Shown in pieces: positions 34,191-44,200 of a DNA stretch of 64,000 bases. Both the position numbers and the translations under genes were made by a program. The notes below the pieces were generated by a model, which ran no database searches, was not told the DNA's origin, and saw only the letters and a program-made list of their open reading frames with translations. Source of the stretch: Escherichia phage Barry. Location of the stretch: the sequence record LR880803, one strand, 5' to 3'. The first letter of the stretch is position 1; each line of letters opens with the position of its first letter.

Positions 34191-34631
34191 TTAGAAAGGT
34201 TTTCTACGTTGCTTGTTAATGTTAGCTTTCATAGCAGCTAAATGGTTTTGCTGTTCAATTAGTCGTGAACGTTCTTGATGGCTAAGTGCCATAGTGTTCA
34301 CATTCTCAATTGCTTGAGTGGCTTGCTTTAAAGCTCGACCAATCTTACCAGACATTTTACGTTTTGCAATAGTTGCTTGATGCTTAGGTTCAACCACACG
34401 ATAACCAACACCCATTGAAGCAACCAGATAAATCTTCTCTTCTTTAAGAAGCTTCTCAATAAACTTCTCAAGTCGGTTTAGACGTGTAAGCGCATAAGCC
34501 TTCATTTCATCTTCGTACTTAACAATGTCACCTTGATAAGTTGGCTTCACAATACCTAAGAAGGTGTCCATCTCAGAATGTGATACAGTGTCACCGTAAC
34601 TAAACTTTGCTGCTAATGCTTTCGTATTCAT
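34191..34631 (-). CDS. hypothetical protein (first gene of repeat-flanked cassette)
   Basis: 146-aa ORF followed on the minus strand by a terminator hairpin (gcctcttcggaggc plus T-run). Confidence 0.45.
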   Translation of the reverse strand: MNTKALAAKFSYGDTVSHSEMDTFLGIVKPTYQGDIVKYEDEMKAYALTRLNRLEKFIEKLLKEEKIYLVASMGVGYRVVEPKHQATIAKRKMSGKIGRALKQATQAIENVNTMALSHQERSRLIEQQNHLAAMKANINKQRRKPF

Positions 34632-34633
34632 AA

Positions 34634-35239
<606 letters not shown>

Positions 35240-35300
35240 TTAGTTGATTGTTAAGTTGTTTGTAAAGAACCCTCAACAGAAGACTCTTTAGAAACTTGGT

Positions 35301-35443
35301 AGATTTTTAACGTGGCTACTACCATCCACCCATACCTCACATCACCATACCATACCTGACCGGACCTAACCAAACTCCACAGCACCATACATCACATCAC
35401 ACAACCTTATTAAAAGACCCTGTTTAAAGACCTTTTAAAAAGG
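35301..35443. repeat. direct repeat copy B with pentanucleotide NNACC tract
   Basis: Shares agattttta..ggctact.ccatcc..catacc..taaaagaccctgtttaaagaccttttaaaaagg with copy A. Confidence 0.6.
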
Positions 35444-35460
35444 TAAGTCTCATTTTAATG

Positions 35461-35565
35461 TAGCTGAGACTAACTACCCATACCAAACAGCACCGCACTA
35501 TGCCTTACCCCACCTCACCGAGCCTCGCCCCACATCACTTAAAAAACCCTTTTCAAAGACTCTTA
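35461..35565. repeat. partial third copy of the C/A-rich pentamer tract
   Basis: Tract ttacc ccacc tcacc gagcc tcgcc then aaaaaacccttttcaaagactcttaag. Confidence 0.45.
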
Positions 35566-35787
35566 AGTGATGTTGGTGAGTACCCGTTGGTTTATGCTGC
35601 TCAGTATACTCACCAAATTTTCTATGTCAACAACTTTTTATAAAAAAGTTCTGATAGCTATATGTGTCACGAAACAAAAGATTGTAAACAAGACACCTAT
35701 TGCAAAAGATGTGTCCAAAAGCTTACTTGCAACGTATGACAATACAAAGACAACCAGTATAAACAGAATGACTGTACTGAACATAGT

Positions 35788-36888
35788 TTATTCATAATCC
35801 CTAATAACTAGCCCTACAGGGAACTGTAAAGACCCCTTACGAGTCATCTTCTGGAACTGAACCGTTAAAGGTTTCCCGATAAACTCTTCAGGGTGTTCAG
35901 CAAGATACTGTTTCTTCTCGTGACTAGTCTTCCATGAAACATCTACAAAGACGTTAGGAAGAGTCTCTACAACGAACTTACCATGACCACGCTTATCGGT
36001 CTTGACACCAGTCACTTTAAACTCTTCAGTGTGCATCTTCTTGTGCTTAATCAAGAAGTATGAACGGTGACAACACTCATAGAAGGAGTCTTCAGAGATT
36101 GAACGGTACATTGCACCTTCAAACTTAGATTCAACCCACTTATCATGAGCTTCATCAAACTCTTCCCAAGAATTTACACGGATAGTCTGTACAGGAACAA
36201 CTCTACAGGTATCCCCAAGCTCAACAATAGGTGAGTTATCAATAACTTCACGACGTTCAGGCCAAGATTTTGAATTGTCGCAGATATCATACCAGTAGAA
36301 TTTAAGAAGGTGACGGTCTGGATTGTCAGCATTCTTAATCATAGACACAATATCTTCTAAGTCCCAACCATGAGCATAAATCTCACCATCAAAGTCTTCG
36401 ACTTGTGGATGCAATTTAAGCAACAAAAGCAAATCTGGGATTAGTTCTGCTGGGACGTTGTAAATAGTATTCTCACGAGAATAAGCCGTGAAGCTAACTA
36501 AATCAGCATCTCTTGAGATTCTACAACGTACACCATCAAGTTTTGGTTGAGCATCAGCAGGGAACTTCAGATACTTTGCATGACTAACCTTTGCAGCATC
36601 ATGAGCAAGCTGTACACCTACCTTCTCAGTATTCTGTGCAGACTCTTTTGTGTAAGCATAACCTTTACGGTCAACTTGCTTTTTATACTTAGCAGCAACT
36701 TCAAAGAGAGCTTGCTGTTCAGCGTTACGCTCATTCTTTTTACCGATGTTCTTAGGCTCTGCTGTATACTCTTCAAACATCATCTTGCCATTTTCTTTAC
36801 CATAGGTTGTAATAACTTTGTCACCTATAGCACCGCATGACCAGATGTTGAAGGAACCGTCTTTATTTTGTTTGTACAGTGTTGTCAT
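35788..36888 (-). CDS. ATP-dependent DNA ligase
   Basis: Adenylation motif I KLDGVR, motif III FDGEIYA, motif V FLIKHKK; ATG at 36888 with SD gaggt. Confidence 0.8.
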   Translation of the reverse strand: MTTLYKQNKDGSFNIWSCGAIGDKVITTYGKENGKMMFEEYTAEPKNIGKKNERNAEQQALFEVAAKYKKQVDRKGYAYTKESAQNTEKVGVQLAHDAAKVSHAKYLKFPADAQPKLDGVRCRISRDADLVSFTAYSRENTIYNVPAELIPDLLLLLKLHPQVEDFDGEIYAHGWDLEDIVSMIKNADNPDRHLLKFYWYDICDNSKSWPERREVIDNSPIVELGDTCRVVPVQTIRVNSWEEFDEAHDKWVESKFEGAMYRSISEDSFYECCHRSYFLIKHKKMHTEEFKVTGVKTDKRGHGKFVVETLPNVFVDVSWKTSHEKKQYLAEHPEEFIGKPLTVQFQKMTRKGSLQFPVGLVIRDYE

Positions 36889-37081
36889 TTTTAACCTCTG
36901 AGTGATACCAAGAGTTGCAAGCATTACATGCGTAAAGCTCTAAGTCATTTTTATCCGGTTTATGAAAACAGTTTGCTCCGCAGTGGCAACGAAATGGCTT
37001 TCCACCAACTGTCAGGACGAAGGACTGAATCTTTCCATCAGGAGTTCGTACAGCATTTTTATGCTTATCTTCTTTGTTCAT
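36863..37081 (-). CDS. small zinc-finger protein
   Basis: Cys/His cluster CHCGANCFHK ... CNACNSWYH. Confidence 0.4.
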   Translation of the reverse strand: MNKEDKHKNAVRTPDGKIQSFVLTVGGKPFRCHCGANCFHKPDKNDLELYACNACNSWYHSEVKNDNTVQTK

Positions 37082-37335
37082 TTCCTCTTACCACCAATCT
37101 CTACGTCAATAACTTGAACATCGCCAGCAACATCAAACTTATGAATGATGCTTTCCACAGTGTAAGTCCAATCCTCAATGCGAACCAACTCACCTTCTCG
37201 TGGGACGATTGGATTACGTTGAGCTACCGTTGTAGTGGAGTGAACAACATCATAACGATAGATATAGTTTACTAATACTTCCATCGTTAAAACCTCACTC
37301 AATAACCGTAGTATGTGATTGACCATTTTTGCCAT
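37078..37335 (-). CDS. hypothetical protein
   Basis: 85-aa ORF. Confidence 0.4.
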   Translation of the reverse strand: MAKMVNHILRLLSEVLTMEVLVNYIYRYDVVHSTTTVAQRNPIVPREGELVRIEDWTYTVESIIHKFDVAGDVQVIDVEIGGKRK

Positions 37336-37540
37336 AGCTATAAGATGTTGTTGTTTGAGAATTTGGACATCTTACAACAACAATATCTCTACTTATAGCA
37401 TCACCATGTAACTTGTACACTCTGCAATCTTGCATCTCTGGTGGGAGGCTGTAAGAAGCATTCTTATCTTCATAAGAAGGGTTGCAGCCAGATAGAAAAA
37501 TAACACCAAGTGCAATTACTGCTTTCCACATAATACTCAT
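37295..37540 (-). CDS. putative lipoprotein
   Basis: Lipobox-like signal MSIMWKAVIALGVIFLSGC. Confidence 0.4.
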   Translation of the reverse strand: MSIMWKAVIALGVIFLSGCNPSYEDKNASYSLPPEMQDCRVYKLHGDAISRDIVVVRCPNSQTTTSYSYGKNGQSHTTVIE

Positions 37541-37544
37541 CCTA

Positions 37545-37700
37545 TTACTGTTCACGATGTTCTACTTCTCTGTATGTGCGTCGGTAGTTTATGATAAGAG
37601 GTGCTAATTCATTGCTTTTAACATTTGAACGTAACAGTTGCCAGTCAAAACCTTTAGCAACCCTCCCATATAAATTAAATAACTTTACTTTACGTTTCAT
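37545..37700 (-). CDS. small basic protein
   Basis: Start moved to the internal ATG (MKRKVKLF) to avoid overlap. Confidence 0.3.
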   Translation of the reverse strand: MKRKVKLFNLYGRVAKGFDWQLLRSNVKSNELAPLIINYRRTYREVEHREQ

Positions 37701-37719
37701 TTTTTGGTATCCCCAATAT

Positions 37720-37947
37720 TCAGAAGTTAATATTAATACGTTCGCCCTTAAGGACTCCTGTGCGGTCTCTTGCAATCTTACCGTCAACAATAAGAATATG
37801 TGCAGACCTTAAAGAATCATGATTAAAACCTTTTACGAACTTACTAGGCATCACTACAATAAGCATCTCCTGAATCAACTCTGGAGTATAACAATTGTTG
37901 TGAAGTTGCTGAATAACGTCTGCAAGTGTCATTTTTGATGTCTCCAA
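37720..37947 (-). CDS. hypothetical protein
   Basis: 75-aa ORF. Confidence 0.35.
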   Translation of the reverse strand: METSKMTLADVIQQLHNNCYTPELIQEMLIVVMPSKFVKGFNHDSLRSAHILIVDGKIARDRTGVLKGERININF

Positions 37948-38138
37948 TACTCAATATCAATAAGTTCTTGTGCAATGCTTTTTAGATTACCTTTCAAGAA
38001 AACCTTCTCAGAACCTGAAAGAGATGAATTGTCAATTAACCTGTTCATTCTCTCAAACAACTTCTGCTTACGGTTCTTGATAGTTTCCTTTGAAGCACCT
38101 TTCATCATCGCTGCATGGGTTCTTCCACGGTGGCTCAT
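37929..38138 (-). CDS. hypothetical basic protein
   Basis: 69-aa ORF; TTGACAAGGTG motif upstream on the minus strand near 38190. Confidence 0.35.
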   Translation of the reverse strand: MSHRGRTHAAMMKGASKETIKNRKQKLFERMNRLIDNSSLSGSEKVFLKGNLKSIAQELIDIEYWRHQK

Positions 38139-38199
38139 AAGCCCTCCTATATAAGATATAGTATAAGGTACTCTTCCCTGAGCACCTTGTCAATACTAA

Positions 38200-38760
38200 T
38201 CAGTGTACCTCATACCAGCTTTTACCAACCTTACCAGTACCTGTAACAAGTGTTTCTTTCTTAAGACCTAAGTTCTTAGAAGCTTGTCCATAATACCAGT
38301 CAGTAACTGCCTTCACCTCTGCCGTCATACTTTCTGGGCATTCCCAACTTGTCTCGTCGTGATAGGAGCACAATAAACGAGCACCTATAGCTGGTTTACG
38401 ACCGTTCAACTTCATCAAACCTTCGTCAATCATACGACGGCAAGCAAGGTTAATTGCTTCATTCTGAACCTGCGCCTCACTACCCATAAGTGTGTAATTC
38501 AATAACTTATGTGGAGATTTACACCATAACCACGCTCCAGCGACCTGAATGTACCCACCCTTAGCGATTGCAGCACTCTTGCCGAAAACCTCTTCTAATG
38601 CCTTCTTAGTGGCCTTAAAATCGGCTTCTAAGTTATCAAGTAGTTTCTTAATCTTTGGTAGACGCATATAGTAGGTCTGCTTAGTCAATGCACCTTCCTC
38701 TGTAGAAGCTGCCTTAATGGTTTTGGCAAACTTCTCATCACCTGCACCGAACAATACATC
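38200..38760 (-). CDS. DNA polymerase (family A, T7-like), 3' exon carrying second half of motif B and motif C
   Basis: Begins (L)FGAGDEKFAK (T7 YGAGDEK) and has motif C LCSYHDE; no ATG start and an in-frame TGA just upstream, so it must be joined to the upstream exon. Confidence 0.7.
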   Translation of the reverse strand, partial: DVLFGAGDEKFAKTIKAASTEEGALTKQTYYMRLPKIKKLLDNLEADFKATKKALEEVFGKSAAIAKGGYIQVAGAWLWCKSPHKLLNYTLMGSEAQVQNEAINLACRRMIDEGLMKLNGRKPAIGARLLCSYHDETSWECPESMTAEVKAVTDWYYGQASKNLGLKKETLVTGTGKVGKSWYEVH

Positions 38761-39565
38761 TGGTCAATACACTCGCAAGGTGTACCAGTTCTCTTATGAA
38801 CTTCTCCGCATTTCTACGGAGTGTCGGACTATATCACGTAGTAGTAATACTACCGTTGCACTTGGGAATGGTCATTAGCTTACCACCCTACTCTACTCAG
38901 TTCATACATTAAGTATGCTTTTCGATAGTCTCTGAACGTTTCTCTGTTAGGAACTCTAAAATACTATTATTTACTAAGGTATGCAATTGCTCTCTTCATG
39001 TTCTCTATACTATCTGAGAACAGCCCAAGACCTCTGTTACAGTTGTGACACAGCATACCTCTTACCTGTCCTGTTTTGTGGTCATGGTCAACAACCAGCT
39101 TGGCTTTATGTCTTGAACCATCCATGATAAAACCTTCACCACCGCAGATTTGACACTTGTGACCACACTTACTTAGTAACTCTTCGACCTCTTCTCTTTC
39201 TAAGCCGTAAGTCCTTAAGTAATAGTTCTTTACCCTTCCCTTTTCTCCACAAGCAGAACTGCAATACGTCTGTCTTGCTGTTCTAGGTGTAAACTGGTTA
39301 TTGCAACTTGGACATATTTTCTCTATGACACGACTTGCTGCTCTTCTGTCTACTTCAAGAACGCAGTTTCTACAACGTTTTTGATTGTACTGATATGGCT
39401 TAAACTCTTCGCCACATCTGGAACAAACTCTTTCTTTATAACCTGCCATTGTCTCTCTCCCATTTCTACTATAGGAGTCCTAACAGAGACTTCGCTGCTG
39501 ATTACCATATCTTTTAAGACTTAGGCTTCCAGCAATTCACAACGTTTTACATGCGCCACTGACGC
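38761..39565 (-). other. intervening sequence (probable self-splicing intron) in the DNA polymerase gene
   Basis: ~0.8 kb separates ...AKNGIY from ...FGAGDEK at the same point in motif B and carries a free-standing HNH ORF; exact splice sites not determined. Confidence 0.55.
38967..39449 (-). CDS. HNH homing endonuclease (intron-encoded)
   Basis: HNH motif VVDHDHKTGQVRGMLCHNCNRGLG and N-terminal CxxC zinc-binding pairs; lies wholly within the polymerase intervening sequence. Confidence 0.75.
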   Translation of the reverse strand: MAGYKERVCSRCGEEFKPYQYNQKRCRNCVLEVDRRAASRVIEKICPSCNNQFTPRTARQTYCSSACGEKGRVKNYYLRTYGLEREEVEELLSKCGHKCQICGGEGFIMDGSRHKAKLVVDHDHKTGQVRGMLCHNCNRGLGLFSDSIENMKRAIAYLSK

Positions 39566-41704
39566 ATAGATACCATTCTTAGCCTTCTTACGGCCTTTAG
39601 TTATCTCGTGAAGGAGTTCCTCATCCTGTGTCTCTCTACAACGGATAATATCTTCTTCTTTGTTCAATGCAAAATAGATACTGTTAAGTGTATGCGCATC
39701 AGTACCTGTGTAGACTTCATACAAATCATTATCAGCATCGTAACGACAATATTTATCAGCCTCTGGATTTAGGTACTTATCAAGATGCTTGCAGTAGTAT
39801 CGTCCATCATCCTGTTTAGTGAACTCTACAAACTCTTTACCTTCAGTTACCGCTTTGGTGAAGTCTTTATCACCCATAAAGTTACACAGTAAAACAAGCT
39901 GTGCAGAGTTCTGGTCAACTGAAACGATATTAGTCCCTTCCTCACAAATCCACACCTCCCTCATAGGTGCTCCATAGACAGCAGCACCAGACGGTACGTT
40001 TACAATACCATATTGTGTCATACGTCCAGTTGAAGTACCAAACACCATTGCACCAGCACTAAGGCGACCATCTGGACGAATCTGGTTCAACCAACCTTTT
40101 TCATCATCCTTTGAGTTCTCAATAGTTCTGCGTCGGTGCATCAAAGTATAGTACTTAGCAATCTTCTGTCCAAGTTCACCTTCAATCGTATCATAAGATG
40201 ATTCAGTAAGTTTTGGTGAAGTACGGATTAAGCAAGGCTCAAGCAAATCTGTGTACTTCTTCACAGACCAGTTATGCTCAATGTACTGTACACCTTCATG
40301 TTCAACATAACTCAAACCACACCGCTCAACCATTTCCTGCCACTTAGGATGTTTTGTAATCATCTTTTTATTGTCTTTGAAACGACAAACTTTGACAGGG
40401 CGACCATCAGAGTCTTTCTTGTAGTTCCAGTCATCTGGAATCCAACCAACTGATTTCAAGTAGTCTTTAACAACTGCTACCTGAGTCATACGAGAAACTT
40501 CAAACTCAATTGGTGTATATGGTGCATCAATCAAACCTGTGTAGCGACTTGACTCAAGTTCAAAGTGGTTAACAACGTGGCTGTTATAATACTTCACAGT
40601 TTTAACTGTTTTTACTGGCTTCCAGTCTTTGCATTTCTTACCAATCTTTGCGTTCAACTCATTGCAAATTGCACGAGCATCCTTCATTGCTACAAAGCCT
40701 TCCTTGTACTCTTCACCAGTTACAGTGTTGGTTGGTGTATAGCAATTCCTTTTTTCAATGTTAAAAATCTTTGTAGTTGGCTTACCAAATGGTTTGATTT
40801 CGTATGTCTGCATCTCGCCATTACGTACCTGCTGACGATACTTTGTCTTAGGGTACTTGGTAATTCTTTTCAGTCCATCTGCATGACCAAATGTTTCAAC
40901 ATACTCATTCCAAGCTTTTGCAAACTCTTCTCCAGTAACTTTACCTTTAGTCTTAATAGTTGGAGGAAGATGTGGTTCAACTTCTGAAGCAAGCTCATTA
41001 GTCAACTTGTCAAGTTCCTTTACATGGAACTCCATAAGCTCTTTATCAGCTTTCCAACCATTGATAGCTTGTTGACTCATCCAGAAAGATGTTTCTTTAG
41101 CTCGCATGTAAGTTTCATAAGTGTCTATACCACACTTCTTAAGCTTGAGATACTCGTTATCAAGTGCCCGTTTAGTTTTGGCGTTAATACGGATATCTTC
41201 TACAACACGAGTGAAGATTTCTGCATTCCACACACCCCAATGTTCAATCTCTGGTTTACGGACACCAACACGAGCACCCCATGCAGCCAAACCATGAGCA
41301 CCTTTATAACCCTTTGGAGTTGGCCTATCCATCCACTGAACACGAGACTGGATAAGAGAATCCTGAAAGAAATTACTCCACGGCTTACATTTTGGATTAT
41401 CAAAATTCCATAAATCAGGTGCAATGTGATTGAAAACCCACCAGTCATATCCGAGACCATTATGGATGCAAAGACGTTTTGCCTTTAACGCAAACTCAAT
41501 ACCTTCTCGTAAGCCACCCTTAATGTACTTAGTGTACTTGTGACCGAGGATAGGCTCATCTGTAAAGACCCATACAGGTGGCTCTTCATCGTCAGATTTA
41601 TAGTCTGCAAAGGCCATTACGTGAACTTTAGTGAACTCAAGGAGTAAACCATCAGTTTCTGTATCACCAACCAAATGTAAGTTTTTAAAATCTACGTTTT
41701 CCAT
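39566..41704 (-). CDS. DNA polymerase (family A, T7-like), 5' exon with 3'-5' exonuclease domain and first half of motif B
   Basis: Exo I motif VGDTETDGL; ends RKKAKNGIY (T7 RDNAKTFIY); ATG at 41704 with SD gaggga. Confidence 0.75.
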
Positions 41705-41734
41705 TTTTACTCCCTCTAAAACCATTAACCTCAT

Positions 41735-41961
41735 ACATTACTGCAAAAAATTATAAAAAGCAAGTTGACAATGCACTTGACAAGGTGTTAATCTTTGCGA
41801 AGTGGGTTTTTACTTAAAAGGTTACTTAACAGTTTAACTATACAGATACTTTAAAACTCTTAAAAGATTATTTAATAGCTTTTAAAAAGCTTTAAAGTAT
41901 AACGTATAGAATACGTTAAGATAAAAGATTAAAACTTAATAGTTACTTAAAAGAGGCTTAC
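41735..41961. promoter_or_regulatory. AT-rich divergent control region with TTGACAAGGTG promoter motif, ttacttaa repeats and a palindrome
   Basis: Between the divergent polymerase (minus) and 41962 (plus) genes; cacTTGACAAGGTGtta at 41774-41790; repeated ttacttaa(a/c)ag; inverted repeat aacgtata/atacgtt. Confidence 0.4.
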
Positions 41962-42384
41962 ATGCAGAAAATGTTTGTTCACCCAGACATAGCTGACTTT
42001 GTTAGAGCTTTGCAGAAGTTGGAAGAACTTGACATTGCTGCTCAACGGGAATATGCTCACCATCACAGGAGAATGGTTGATATACAACATGAAATAGAGT
42101 TGTCTGAAAACTATGAAGATGACTTGAAATGCTCTGTATTTGAGCATATGAAAGATGTTGCTACAGCTAGACGTAAAGCTAAAGACACAGTTGCTTTACT
42201 AGATTCTCTTAAAAAGAGGTTGCAAAGTGGTACAGACCTGTGTAATCTAGCGTCACTGATTAACGATGTTGAAACTTCTTGGGATAGGCACTATTATCCA
42301 CGTTCTGAAAAGACACTTGACTTTTCTTCATCCGAAAACTTAAAATGTTCTAGAAAGAAACTTAACCAACTGAGAGAGAAATAA
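41962..42384 (+). CDS. hypothetical protein
   Basis: 140-aa ORF, first gene of the plus-strand block. Confidence 0.45.
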   Translation: MQKMFVHPDIADFVRALQKLEELDIAAQREYAHHHRRMVDIQHEIELSENYEDDLKCSVFEHMKDVATARRKAKDTVALLDSLKKRLQSGTDLCNLASLINDVETSWDRHYYPRSEKTLDFSSSENLKCSRKKLNQLREK

Positions 42385-42385
42385 T

Positions 42386-43186
42386 ATGAATATCGATGTA
42401 GAAAAGATGCTTGAAGAAAAAGGTATTGACGAAGCATTTTTAATCAATGCCGTAGAAAGCATGGCTATGATTCTTCGTGGGAACAACTACACAGAACAGT
42501 TTATGCCTGCAAGCTATAATCTGCCTAAAGACAAGTCTGATAACGGTGCTTTTGCAGAACAGGTCAACATGATGCTGACAGACACTACACTTGCTTTGGC
42601 ATCTATAGTCGTAGGTGTTGATGCTCTTGCAGAGTTCATTTTTAAGGAGATGCAGAAAAATGATTATATCTCCCTTAACTCTGAAGAAAAGGACTTGTTA
42701 CTGTCATTAGGTAATAATGAGTTAATTTCCATGATAATTTCATCAACAAGTGCTGTTATGGCTGCTCTTGAGAAGCGAATGGAAGAGAAGCTGTCACGAT
42801 ATGAAAAACTTGATTGGGGGGTAGAAGAACTAAACCCACGAATCCAAGAAATTATCCAGCAAACTAAAGATTCTTTGGAAGAAGCTGTTGAAAATGACTC
42901 TGTAGCTGATATAGAACCACTTCAGGTGAAAGTTGCACTGATGATTCCAGCTATCTCTACGATGATGAATATCGTTGCACTAATCCAACTTTCGCAGATG
43001 ATGGGTATGAGTATTGAGTTCATTGAGGAGATGACTGGCGGTGTCAGTATGCAAGCAATCAATGATGTTTTGGTGAACATTGGTGCTTCAATCATTGAAG
43101 AGAAACTACGTATTAACTTCGGTGATGATTTTGTGAAGCAACTCTCAGCTATGGCTGAAAAAGAGTCTGCTGAGCAACTGCACTAA
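42386..43186 (+). CDS. hypothetical protein
   Basis: 266-aa acidic helical ORF. Confidence 0.45.
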   Translation: MNIDVEKMLEEKGIDEAFLINAVESMAMILRGNNYTEQFMPASYNLPKDKSDNGAFAEQVNMMLTDTTLALASIVVGVDALAEFIFKEMQKNDYISLNSEEKDLLLSLGNNELISMIISSTSAVMAALEKRMEEKLSRYEKLDWGVEELNPRIQEIIQQTKDSLEEAVENDSVADIEPLQVKVALMIPAISTMMNIVALIQLSQMMGMSIEFIEEMTGGVSMQAINDVLVNIGASIIEEKLRINFGDDFVKQLSAMAEKESAEQLH

Positions 43187-43203
43187 GTCTTTATAAATCT
43201 TAC

Positions 43204-43229
43204 AAGCCTCCTTAGTTGGGGGCTTTTTA
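43204..43229 (+). terminator. rho-independent terminator
   Basis: Hairpin agcctcc-ttagttg-ggggct followed by TTTTT. Confidence 0.5.
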
Positions 43230-43247
43230 GTAATTAATGGAGATAAA

Positions 43248-43991
43248 ATGAATAAAATCATCGCATTTACTGGAAAGGCACGTTCTGGAAAAGACACCTC
43301 ATGTTCTATTGTGAAGAACATCTTAGAGGATGAGTATGGCTACAATGTTGAAGTAATGGCCTTTGCAGACAACCTTAAACTATCTGCATCAAAGATATTT
43401 GACTTGACTTGGAATGACCTGTGCGGTGAAACTAAAGAGACTCCACAGGTTTTTGACTTATCATATCCTGAACTAATGTTTAAAGTTACGGAAGCTATGG
43501 AGTTCACCTTCAGAGATGAACGTTACCATATGGACTTCAAGCTTATGTCAGAGCTAACCGGACGATTAATCATGGAGCTTAAGAAGGTTGCTAAACCAAC
43601 TCTATTGACACGTCTGGGGTTTAGCAAAAAGTATAAATTCTCATCAAGACAAATTCAACAGATTTGGGGTACTGAAGTTGTCCGTAAAGTAATGGGCGAC
43701 AAGTTCTGGTCTAAAGACCTTGAAAAAAGAATGGTTAGATTCCATGAAATGTGCTCACTTAGAAATCAATATGGTTTTGTCTTAATCAGTGATTTAAGAT
43801 TTGACTCTGAAGCTGAATGGCTGAGTAGATTTGCACACCAAACTATTGAAGTAAAAAGAGACAATGTGGACAAAGTTTCATCACATGTTTCAGAAAATGG
43901 GATTTCTACAAAATATGAGCGTGACATTATTCATAATAATGGTACTCTTGCAGACCTTGAGAACAAGCTAAGAGCCATCATTAAAGTTTAA
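43248..43991 (+). CDS. deoxynucleoside monophosphate kinase (T4 gp1-like)
   Basis: N-terminal P-loop IIAFTGKARSGKDT resembling T4 gp1. Confidence 0.65.
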   Translation: MNKIIAFTGKARSGKDTSCSIVKNILEDEYGYNVEVMAFADNLKLSASKIFDLTWNDLCGETKETPQVFDLSYPELMFKVTEAMEFTFRDERYHMDFKLMSELTGRLIMELKKVAKPTLLTRLGFSKKYKFSSRQIQQIWGTEVVRKVMGDKFWSKDLEKRMVRFHEMCSLRNQYGFVLISDLRFDSEAEWLSRFAHQTIEVKRDNVDKVSSHVSENGISTKYERDIIHNNGTLADLENKLRAIIKV

Positions 43992-43999
43992 AAGAGATA

Positions 44000-44200
44000 A
44001 TGAAGATGAGAGTAAAAGACAATTTTAAAGTTATTGACCACCGTTTAGTGGAACTCTCATCTCTTTCCAATGAGGTAATGATTGAACGTCTTAAGAGAGT
44101 TGAATCACGAAGGAAAGAGATTGCAGATGAAATTCATGAACTGGACAAGATTGAAAACGGATTGAAGGCAGAACTACAACGAAGAGGTGCTAATGTCTAA
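44000..44200 (+). CDS. small coiled-coil protein
   Basis: 66-aa ORF overlapping the primase start. Confidence 0.35.
   Translation: MKMRVKDNFKVIDHRLVELSSLSNEVMIERLKRVESRRKEIADEIHELDKIENGLKAELQRRGANV

Noticed and set aside
35567-35797. Track ORF 35567..35797 (+) in the repeat-rich intergenic region
   Set aside because: Opposite strand to all neighbouring genes, no ribosome-binding site, and overlaps the ligase gene end.
40565-41460. Track ORFs 40565..40987 (+), 41024..41413 (+) and 41200..41460 (-)
   Set aside because: Embedded out of frame or antisense within the well-supported polymerase exon; no start signals.
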